Positions 55,990 through 64,000 of a stretch of 64,000 bases of DNA are shown here, one piece after another. Each line of letters opens with the position of its first letter. Positions within the stretch are counted from its first letter, which is position 1. The stretch comes from a bacterium. Its GTDB lineage: Bacteria; Patescibacteriota; Saccharimonadia; Saccharimonadales; UBA4665. The position numbers were made by a program, and so were the translations under genes. The notes beneath the pieces are model-generated. The model made no database searches. It was given only the letters and a program-made list of their open reading frames with translations, and was not told the origin of the DNA. Location of the stretch: positions 220 to 64,219 of the forward strand of contig JAYVRB010000036.1 in the NCBI GenBank assembly GCA_043776675.1, in the 5' to 3' direction.

Positions 55990-58724
55990 TATGGATTCTG
56001 AAAACGATGCTGTAGTTCGATAAGTGTAAAATATTTATTTTTGTATATAAAGCGAATCTGTCTTCCGTCAGGTAGAAATAGTTCTTCTTTAAATCCAAAT
56101 ATAGTTTCACGATCATTAAGACTGACTCTTACAAAAGCGCTTGAGTTTCTGTAAGTAACAACAAGTTCAGCATCTTCTACAGAAATGATTTCAGGTGAGT
56201 TCCGTAAGATTGATTCAACACTTTCTCTATCAATGTATGTCTCTAAGCTGATCTTCTCATTTCTAATAATCTCTCCAAGTCGCTGGTCGATCAAATACGG
56301 TACTACTGTGTCGTTCTTGGTAGCACGCTCAACCAAGTTGACAATATCGTTGTGAGTTAACTTTCTTACCTCATCTTTAGAAAGATGAGCCAGTTTTTCG
56401 AGCTCAGATTTTATTTCTCGTAGTTTTCTTTGATTTTTTCCTGGAGAATCTAAAGCTTTTTGTATACTAAACTCTCTTGCTTTTTGGGACGGTTCAGCAA
56501 TAATTTCTTGAGTTAAACCAAGGTCATGACCTTCAAAACTTAGCCTCTGTATTTCTACAACTCGATCATTCCTAAGAATAAGCTCCGAGGATTTCCATAC
56601 ACAAAAACGCATTGCCACTTCGCCAATATTTCGGATTGTTAAGCCTGTGACATTTTGAATAATATGTTTCTCTTGTCTTTCGCCGTCTTTGTATACTTCA
56701 ATTCGGTAACCATCACCGACTACAAATTGAGGAGAAGGTTTAACAACTACAGATCTATTACTCAGCTCTCTTATATTTCCTGTTCCTGAAATATGTTTGT
56801 AAGTTCCAGATCCTTCATGAAGATATATTGAGTGTACAGAGCCTGCGAATATTGATTTCTTGATATCTAATCGCTCTTCTTCTTTAGGAGCTAGAAGTTT
56901 TGCAGGTTCTACGCCAATTCGTTTATATAATTTGACTATAATTTCTTGAGCTTTATCGTAATTATTTACGTCAATCCCGTGCTCAACCATCTCGTTTCTA
57001 GTCATGTTCTGTAAGGCAATGTATATGTCTAATTGAGCTAGCAAGTCAGAACTAGTATCTTCAGTTAATGTTTGCCATAGCTTAGGTATATCTCGACCAA
57101 AATTTTGTAATCCGCCTGCTTCTACTGAACCTGCAATTACAGCCATGTATGTTCTAGTAACTGAGGAGTATCGTTCTGATTCAACCATCATTCGGGATAA
57201 GTTTACTCTAATAGGGAATTTGTTCATCTTAGTACCCATTGAAGTAATACTGTTGTCGATATCTAGAGCACCTAGAGTGCGTAGAATTTCCTGTGACTTT
57301 TCTATGCTTGATACTTCAATCGGATGAGGTAAATCTAGCACAGCCATATTGATGTTTGCTTCAGAAAGCCGTAGTACGTTTCTGACAATATCTGTTCTAA
57401 GGATCTCAGGAACAGGATAATCGTCTCGGTCTTCATAATACACATAATCAAATTTTTCATTAAGCACCGTATCAATCCATGTGCCATCAGCTACACGGCC
57501 GGTACGTCCTCCTTGCTGATTTAAGTCAGCTTGAGATAATGGCTTGAGAAATAGACCTTGAATTCCTTCAACATCGATTTCTACCTGTCTTCCCAGCCCA
57601 CATGTTATAACTAGCCCAACCTCTGCAATAGTTAAACTAGTTTGCGCAATGTTTGTGCTGACAATTATATTTATTCCGTTGTGCGAATTTATAGCAAGCT
57701 GTTGCTCATGGTTTTGAAGTTTAGAATGCAAAGGAAAGATATTTGCTATTCTAGCTATCTCTAGAGGTAGGGACGACTTAACGTCGTCAATTAGATCATA
57801 GATTTCTTTCTTACCCGGAACAAAAGCTAGGATAGAATTTTGGGTGCCTATTTTCGTTCTATTAGTAGCATAAAATTCTTTAGCACCTGAAATGATCTCT
57901 TTAAATACTGTTGAATTTGGCCTTTCTATCTTCTGGATATTGTGAATTCTGCCGGGAACTTCAATTATCGGTGAAACGATATCTGTTGCATCACTAAAGT
58001 AAGCAGCTAAATCTTGTGCATCAACAGTAGCGCTCATTATTACTACTCGAAGGTTAGGGTTTTCCTTGATTTGCTTTTTAGCCAAGGCAACTACAACTTC
58101 AATATTGCTATTCCATTCATGCACTTCATCAATAATAAGTACTTGATGTTCTTGAATTCCTTGGTCGTGCAATGTTTTGACTAAATGTAATCCATCAGTA
58201 AGTACTTCAATAATTGGGTTTTCAGAGCCACTATGCTTAACCGCTGTCTTAAAGCTCACAAGTTCATTAGCTGTGCCAAGCCCATACATTGAATCAATCT
58301 CGTCGCTAATTCTGAGGTAGACATTCTCGGCTGCTGCTCGTCTAGGTTGAGTGAGGATTATTTTATCCCAACCTTCATCTAACAGAAATTGAGGAACTTG
58401 AGTGCTTTTACCGCTGCCAGTTTCGGCTACGATAATAGTTACAGGATTATCTCTGATTGTTTGAACAATTTCATTTCTGAACGGATAGATTGGTAAATCT
58501 TTGTTTCCAAGTTTACTCTCGGAAGTATGAATAATAGGCAAGGTATCCTTGCTATCATCTAAAACTTCAACAGTTAACACATCTTCAGGAATAGCAGCGA
58601 AGGGTAATCCATAGGCAGAGTCTTCATTAATATAAACCTCAACTTCATCATTAAGAAAATATGAAGGATGCAGATTCCTTAAGCTCGAAATAGGATCACC
58701 TTCGAATTTAGTGGCACTACTCAT
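55986..58724 (-). CDS. DEAH-box helicase, HrpA/HrpB-like, with ~300-aa C-terminal extension
   Basis: AETGSGKSTQVPQF, IIDEVHEW, MSATVD, FVPGKKEI, STNIAQTSLTI, QQGGRTGR, followed by an HA2-like region. Confidence 0.85.
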   Translation of the reverse strand: MSSATKFEGDPISSLRNLHPSYFLNDEVEVYINEDSAYGLPFAAIPEDVLTVEVLDDSKDTLPIIHTSESKLGNKDLPIYPFRNEIVQTIRDNPVTIIVAETGSGKSTQVPQFLLDEGWDKIILTQPRRAAAENVYLRISDEIDSMYGLGTANELVSFKTAVKHSGSENPIIEVLTDGLHLVKTLHDQGIQEHQVLIIDEVHEWNSNIEVVVALAKKQIKENPNLRVVIMSATVDAQDLAAYFSDATDIVSPIIEVPGRIHNIQKIERPNSTVFKEIISGAKEFYATNRTKIGTQNSILAFVPGKKEIYDLIDDVKSSLPLEIARIANIFPLHSKLQNHEQQLAINSHNGINIIVSTNIAQTSLTIAEVGLVITCGLGRQVEIDVEGIQGLFLKPLSQADLNQQGGRTGRVADGTWIDTVLNEKFDYVYYEDRDDYPVPEILRTDIVRNVLRLSEANINMAVLDLPHPIEVSSIEKSQEILRTLGALDIDNSITSMGTKMNKFPIRVNLSRMMVESERYSSVTRTYMAVIAGSVEAGGLQNFGRDIPKLWQTLTEDTSSDLLAQLDIYIALQNMTRNEMVEHGIDVNNYDKAQEIIVKLYKRIGVEPAKLLAPKEEERLDIKKSIFAGSVHSIYLHEGSGTYKHISGTGNIRELSNRSVVVKPSPQFVVGDGYRIEVYKDGERQEKHIIQNVTGLTIRNIGEVAMRFCVWKSSELILRNDRVVEIQRLSFEGHDLGLTQEIIAEPSQKAREFSIQKALDSPGKNQRKLREIKSELEKLAHLSKDEVRKLTHNDIVNLVERATKNDTVVPYLIDQRLGEIIRNEKISLETYIDRESVESILRNSPEIISVEDAELVVTYRNSSAFVRVSLNDRETIFGFKEELFLPDGRQIRFIYKNKYFTLIELQHRFQNPY

Positions 58725-58889
58725 GAGTATTTATTTTCCCCTCGTTCTCTTGAATTTATAATATCATTATAGTTTTTAGACGTACATCAAAAGATGTTGT
58801 AATACTTTAATCTAATCAAAGATTCATTAAGGGTATAGATAAGATCTTGATTTTCACGTATAATACATCGGTTAAACATGAGGTGATAG

Positions 58890-61700
58890 GTGTCTGATAA
58901 CATAGTAGTTAAGGGTGCGCGTGAGCACAACTTACAAAATATTGATGTAACCATTCCGCGTAATAAGCTAGTAGTAATTACTGGTCTAAGTGGATCAGGT
59001 AAGTCTAGTCTAGCTTTCGATACCATTTATGCCGAAGGCCAGCGTCGCTATGTCGAAAGTCTTAGTAGCTATGCTCGTCAGTTCTTAGGGCTCATGGAAA
59101 AGCCAGATGTTGATCAGATAGACGGGCTTAGTCCTGCAATATCAATTGACCAGAAATCCACATCTCGCAATCCTCGTTCAACAGTAGCTACGGTTACAGA
59201 GATATATGATTATTTGCGATTATTGTTTGCTCGTGTTGGTATACCGCACTGTCCTATTGATGGTCAGCCAGTAGTCAGACAAACATCAACCGGCATTATT
59301 AATCAGATAGAGTCTACAACTAGAGATAAAAAGTTAATGATATTAGCACCAGTAGTGATAGATAAGAAAGGTGCCTTCGAGCATATCCCTGAGCAGTATC
59401 AACGTGCTGGATTTGCTCGAGTGCGTGTAGATTCAGTAGTATATGCCCTTGATGAGTTTCCAGAACTAGATAAAAGCTATCGTCACAAAATTGAAGTAGT
59501 TGTTGACCGTCTAGTGAATAATCAAGAAAGTCGATCTCGGCTTGTTCAATCGATTGAACAATCACTAGAAATTGCAGAAGGCAAAGTAGTGGTAATTGAT
59601 GCAGACAGCGATGAAAGTTGGTCGTACAGCTTGATGTATGCATGTCCTGATCATCCAGAAATTACAATACCAGATCTTGAGCCGCGTACCTTTAGCTTCA
59701 ACTCTCCACAAGGCGCATGTCCTGTATGTACAGGAATTGGTAGCCGAATGGAAGTCGATCCTGAGTTAGTAATCCCAAATGGTCGATTGACAATCGCTGA
59801 AGGTGCAATTAGACCGTATAACCGTATAAATGTAGACAATTGGTATATGAAAAAGCTGCAAGTTGTAGCTGAAGAACACGGATTTAGCCTTAGTGTTCCA
59901 ACTGGGGAGCTCACAAAAACCCACCTTGATACAATCATGTACGGCACTGGCAAGCAAGCTTTCAAAGTCTCGTTAGGCGGAGGTCGTAGTTTCGAGACAA
60001 CTTACGAAGGAGTTATTCCTAATCTAGAGCGACGCTACAAAGAAACCGATAGTGATTTTATACGTCGAGATATTGAGCGCTTCATGCAAGAACGTCCATG
60101 CCATGCCTGCCAAGGCAAGCGACTTAAACCAGAAGTTCTTGCGATAACGATTGGCAAAGATTCAATCATGGACATATGTAGCCTATCGATTGACGATGCA
60201 TTGGCTTGGTTTAATAGTCTGAAGCTGAACGAAAAGGACACCAAGATAGCTGCATTGATTCTGAAAGAAATCGGTGCACGTTTACAGTTTCTACAGGATG
60301 TCGGACTAAATTATTTAAACTTGTTACGCAGTGCAACTACTCTAAGTGGTGGCGAAGCACAACGTATTCGTTTGGCTACGCAAATTGGTTCAGGCCTAAT
60401 GGGTGTGCTGTATGTATTGGATGAGCCAAGCATTGGTTTGCACCAACGTGACAATGCACGTCTAATTAGAACGTTAAAGCATCTTCGCGATTTAGGAAAT
60501 ACTGTCTTAGTTGTAGAGCATGACGAAGATACAATCCGTACGGCAGATTGGCTACTTGATATTGGTCCTGGTGCTGGTGTCCATGGAGGTAAGGTTGTAG
60601 CTAGTGGCACTCCAGAAGCAGTAATCAATACAAAGGGAAGCCTAACAGGAGAATATCTTTCAGGCCATAAGAAAATTGCAGTACCTAAGAAACGAAGAGC
60701 TGGCAGCGGTAATTTTTTGGTTATAAAGAACGCTCGTGAAAATAACTTACAAGGTATTGACGTTGAGATTCCTCTAAATAAATTTGTGGTAGTTTCGGGA
60801 GTCAGTGGTTCAGGTAAATCTAGCTTGATAAACGATATCTTAGCCAAAGAATTATTAGCAAGACTTCACCGCGCTAGTACAGTTCCGGGTCGTCATGATG
60901 AAATCCAGGGCATCAAACATCTCGACAAAGCTATAATAATTGATCAATCTCCAATAGGTAGAACTCCTCGCTCAAACTCAGCTACATATACCGGACTATT
61001 CACTCCAATTCGCGAGCTATTTGCACAAATGCCTGAAGCTAAATTACGTGGATATAATGCTGGACGTTTTAGCTTCAACGTTAAGGGAGGCCGTTGCGAG
61101 AACTGTGCTGGCGACGGAATCATCAAAATTGAAATGCATTTCTTACCTGACGTTTACGTACCTTGCGAAGTATGTAAGGGCAAACGATACAATCGTGAAG
61201 CGCTAGAAATTCATTACAAAGGCAAGACCATCAATGACGTGCTTGAAATGACATGCGATCAAGCTTTAGAATTCTTTGAGAACATCCCATCTATTGCTCG
61301 CAAGCTTCAGACACTAGTAGATGTGGGTGTAGGCTACATAAAGCTTGGTCAGCCTGCTACAACTCTGAGTGGCGGTGAAGCTCAACGTATCAAACTCTCT
61401 AGTGAACTATCTCGTCGCCCTACTGGCCGCACGCTATACATTTTAGATGAGCCTACTACTGGACTACATATGGCAGATGTCGACAAGCTACTTCATATGC
61501 TTCATGCGCTTGTTGATGCCGGTAACAGCATGGTAGTAATCGAACACAACTTAGACGTTATAAAGAATGCCGACTGGGTAATTGATATGGGCCCAGAGGG
61601 CGGAAATGCCGGAGGGCTGATTGTTGCCGAAGGCACACCCGAACAAGTCGCCGTAGTTGCAGCTAGCTACACCGGTCAGTTCTTGAAGCGCATGCTATAA
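58890..61700 (+). CDS. uvrA: excinuclease ABC subunit A
   Basis: GAREHNL, two ABC modules (GLSGSGKSSLAFDT, GVSGSGKSSL), zinc modules CPVCTGIG and CENCAGDG. GTG start with GAGGTGA upstream. Confidence 0.92.
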   Translation: MSDNIVVKGAREHNLQNIDVTIPRNKLVVITGLSGSGKSSLAFDTIYAEGQRRYVESLSSYARQFLGLMEKPDVDQIDGLSPAISIDQKSTSRNPRSTVATVTEIYDYLRLLFARVGIPHCPIDGQPVVRQTSTGIINQIESTTRDKKLMILAPVVIDKKGAFEHIPEQYQRAGFARVRVDSVVYALDEFPELDKSYRHKIEVVVDRLVNNQESRSRLVQSIEQSLEIAEGKVVVIDADSDESWSYSLMYACPDHPEITIPDLEPRTFSFNSPQGACPVCTGIGSRMEVDPELVIPNGRLTIAEGAIRPYNRINVDNWYMKKLQVVAEEHGFSLSVPTGELTKTHLDTIMYGTGKQAFKVSLGGGRSFETTYEGVIPNLERRYKETDSDFIRRDIERFMQERPCHACQGKRLKPEVLAITIGKDSIMDICSLSIDDALAWFNSLKLNEKDTKIAALILKEIGARLQFLQDVGLNYLNLLRSATTLSGGEAQRIRLATQIGSGLMGVLYVLDEPSIGLHQRDNARLIRTLKHLRDLGNTVLVVEHDEDTIRTADWLLDIGPGAGVHGGKVVASGTPEAVINTKGSLTGEYLSGHKKIAVPKKRRAGSGNFLVIKNARENNLQGIDVEIPLNKFVVVSGVSGSGKSSLINDILAKELLARLHRASTVPGRHDEIQGIKHLDKAIIIDQSPIGRTPRSNSATYTGLFTPIRELFAQMPEAKLRGYNAGRFSFNVKGGRCENCAGDGIIKIEMHFLPDVYVPCEVCKGKRYNREALEIHYKGKTINDVLEMTCDQALEFFENIPSIARKLQTLVDVGVGYIKLGQPATTLSGGEAQRIKLSSELSRRPTGRTLYILDEPTTGLHMADVDKLLHMLHALVDAGNSMVVIEHNLDVIKNADWVIDMGPEGGNAGGLIVAEGTPEQVAVVAASYTGQFLKRML

Positions 61701-61720
61701 TTTATATTGAAAGAGGTGTT

Positions 61721-62188
61721 ATGAATGAATTACTCTCTGGACCTAGGGAAGAATTTCGTAGCTCAATTGATTTTCCACAAATTGCGATTGATTGCCTTAA
61801 TGACAGCGCAAATAACTATGTTAATCACACCCAATCTTTAGATAGAGAAGATATTGTTGAAAAACAGAGAGATCTAACTCTAGCTTTGATATCGGCTGGA
61901 GCAATCGCCAATGCAGCCCAGTATTCAAGTCCTAGTGCAGCCCAATTAGCAAATATATTGAATATCCAAATTGAACGTATTGTAAAGAACGGTGAATTGT
62001 CTCCAATACCACAAATTACTGAAGAAGAAATTGTAAATACCCACAAGCTTGCATATTCAGGAAACTTTCTTCACCCAGCAAAAGGCTTTATAGTACCTTT
62101 GAGCAAAGTATCGTACTTGGAACAACTAGAATTGATTAGATCAGGCAAGTTAGTCATTGAACATCGAATCGGAAAAGTTAAGATCTAA
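61721..62188 (+). CDS. hypothetical protein (155 aa)
   Basis: ORF only. Confidence 0.5.
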   Translation: MNELLSGPREEFRSSIDFPQIAIDCLNDSANNYVNHTQSLDREDIVEKQRDLTLALISAGAIANAAQYSSPSAAQLANILNIQIERIVKNGELSPIPQITEEEIVNTHKLAYSGNFLHPAKGFIVPLSKVSYLEQLELIRSGKLVIEHRIGKVKI

Positions 62189-62793
62189 ATATCATTCTTG
62201 GCACGGTTTCTGAAATGCATTTTGATCAGATTATAGATCGTTGGTGCAGCTGTCATTATAATTGCAGCTAGAACGAGCAGTAAAATGTAATGATCAATAT
62301 TTGGTACACGGCTGCCAATATAATAACCAACTAAAGTCACAGATGTTGCCCAAAGAATATCTCCCGTAGCATTAAATATCAGGAATCTAGGGTAGGGCAT
62401 ATTTCCAACTCCAGCAAGCAGTGGAGTAAAAGTCCTGACTACTGGTAAAAAGTGGGCTACTAACAGAGCCTTCGGACCGTATTTATCATAAAATACTTCT
62501 GCCCTAGCAATATGGACTGAGTTAAATAGTAAGCTATTCTTTCTATTCAATACTTTGCGTCCATATTTCTTACCTAAGAAATATGAGGTAGAGTCACCTG
62601 TTATCGCCGCTACGATTGCTACTAAGATTACACTTGTAATTGCAAACTGTCCGCTATGCGCGAATACACCAGCTGCAATAAGTAGCGTGTCTCCGGGCAG
62701 GAAGAAACCTAGAAATAGAGCTACTTCTGCGAAGAGAACCAATCCTATCAACAATAGGCCGCCGCTCATGACAATATGGCTAGGATCAAACAT
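62185..62793 (-). CDS. DedA-family membrane protein
   Basis: FLPGDTLLIAAG and the polytopic profile typical of DedA/SNARE-associated proteins. Confidence 0.8.
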   Translation of the reverse strand: MFDPSHIVMSGGLLLIGLVLFAEVALFLGFFLPGDTLLIAAGVFAHSGQFAITSVILVAIVAAITGDSTSYFLGKKYGRKVLNRKNSLLFNSVHIARAEVFYDKYGPKALLVAHFLPVVRTFTPLLAGVGNMPYPRFLIFNATGDILWATSVTLVGYYIGSRVPNIDHYILLLVLAAIIMTAAPTIYNLIKMHFRNRAKNDI

Positions 62794-62900
62794 CTATTCA
62801 GCCTAACTCTTTTTAGCTTAAGCGTCTAGACATGAATTCATTTCAAATTATCTATCAATCTGTTATAATAAATGAAAACGTTAAGAGGCTTAAGGTACAC

Positions 62901-63611
62901 ATGTCAAAAGATACTATCAGTTTGAATTTATTACCACGCGAAGTTCTAGGTAAGGCTGTAAAGCATCTTCGTAAGGATGGATTTGTCCCAGCCGTTATTC
63001 ATGACCACGGCAAAGAATCAGTACATGTTCAGGCAGAATACGGAGTGATCTACAAAGTCTGGCAACAAGCGGGCAAGCACCATCCTATTGAACTCACTAT
63101 TGATGGACGTAGCTACATCGCACTTATCAAAGATGCTGATTTTGATCCTCGCAAGCACCGATTAACTCATGTTGTATTTAACGCTGTTGATAAAAATCAA
63201 AAAGTTGAAGCCGAAATTCCAGTACGACCTCGATATGACGAAGGTAACGACTCAAGTCCTGCAGAGCGCAATAGTCTTATCGTCCTAACTCAATTAGATT
63301 CTGTTGAAGTAATAGCTATAGCTTCTAAACTACCTGATTACCTAGAATATAATGCCGAAATACTAATCGAGATTGGTGACCACGTAACTGTAGCAGATTT
63401 AATTGTTCCTGAAGGTGTCGAGATCGTTACAGATGCATCACACTCGCTAGCCACTGTCTATGAGCCAAGTGCACTAGCTGCTGCCAATGATGCTGCTGGT
63501 GGCGACGCTGAACCAGAATTACCAGAAGCTGAACAAGGTACCGAAGTAGCAGAAGAAGGTACTGAAGCTACTACTGCCGTAGAGGGTGCTGAAGCTCCTA
63601 AGGGCGAATAG
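62901..63611 (+). CDS. rplY: 50S ribosomal protein bL25 (Ctc form) with acidic C-terminal tail
   Basis: REVLGKAVKHLRKDGFVPAVIH... is typical of L25/Ctc. ATG at 62901. Confidence 0.8.
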   Translation: MSKDTISLNLLPREVLGKAVKHLRKDGFVPAVIHDHGKESVHVQAEYGVIYKVWQQAGKHHPIELTIDGRSYIALIKDADFDPRKHRLTHVVFNAVDKNQKVEAEIPVRPRYDEGNDSSPAERNSLIVLTQLDSVEVIAIASKLPDYLEYNAEILIEIGDHVTVADLIVPEGVEIVTDASHSLATVYEPSALAAANDAAGGDAEPELPEAEQGTEVAEEGTEATTAVEGAEAPKGE

Positions 63612-63633
63612 TTCTTAATACTGGTGGTATAAC

Positions 63634-64000
63634 ATGCCATGGTTCCATCCTAAATCATTACTCGATAAAACCTACGAAATAGGTATTATTCTTAAGGGTA
63701 TTAACGGTACGCTTGAACTTATTGGAGGTTGTTTAGTGCTTTTCTTGAGCTCTGATAACATCAATGGCTTAGTCAAGTATTTGACACAAGACTCATTGCA
63801 GGAAAATCCACACGGGTTTATAGTCAAATATATTGTCAAAGGTGGTGCTGAACTGAATCATGGTAGCCATATTTTTGCTGCTGCGTTTCTCCTGACACAT
63901 GGACTTACCAAAGTTGTCTTAGTAGTTTGTTTGCTATTGAATAAAATGTGGGCCTACCCTTGGGCTATTGTGTTTCTAAGTATATTCTTGATCTGGCAAA
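63634..64000 (+). CDS. DUF2127-like membrane protein (3' end outside the window)
   Basis: Open frame from the ATG at 63634 to the window edge: MPWFHPKSLLDKTYEIGIILKGINGTLELIGG...FLLTHGLTKVVLV...WAYPWAIV. Confidence 0.6.
   Translation, partial: MPWFHPKSLLDKTYEIGIILKGINGTLELIGGCLVLFLSSDNINGLVKYLTQDSLQENPHGFIVKYIVKGGAELNHGSHIFAAAFLLTHGLTKVVLVVCLLLNKMWAYPWAIVFLSIFLIWQ

Overview
64-kb chromosomal segment of a low-GC, small-genome bacterium. Inference: gene content and architecture fit a Patescibacteria/CPR, Saccharibacteria-like organism using the standard genetic code. The clues are many ATGA/TAATG-coupled housekeeping genes, a domain-reduced AlaRS, cyoABCDE next to glycolysis genes, stand-alone receiver proteins, and RpfB-like and LysM-CHAP wall hydrolases. 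I call about 57 CDS, mostly on the + strand: folD, murD, two receivers plus a histidine kinase, a PKD-repeat surface protein, cyoABCDE, pyk-pgk-tpiA, pcrA, rsmA, a DEAD-box helicase, an RRM protein, metG, tatD, a cysteine desulfurase, atpFHAGDC (no a/c subunit genes here), mnmA, alaS, ftsA, ruvX, mltG, obg, sbcB, a DEAH helicase, uvrA and bL25. RNA genes are tRNA-Lys(CUU), tRNA-Glu(UUC) and a 385-nt tmRNA. No rRNA, CRISPR array or intact transposon was seen. Most interesting observations: (1) a translationally coupled cassette of a 4-TM protein, a LuxI/FeeM-like N-acyltransferase and a bare ThiF/E1-like adenylase, sitting between two output-less receivers and a multi-pass histidine kinase. It matches no pathway I know. 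(2) A conserved ~107-nt leader shared by two different tRNA genes. (3) Nested direct repeats of the tmRNA 3' end and its terminator, marking decayed integrated islets with one secreted cargo protein. (4) An 85-bp duplication of the tRNA-Glu 3' end, and a serine recombinase abutting tRNA-Lys at the window edge. (5) A family of intergenic repeats with a 27-28 nt core (AGATCCTTCGCTNCGCTCTGGATGACA) at three loci. All functional calls come from motif recognition by eye; no database search was run.
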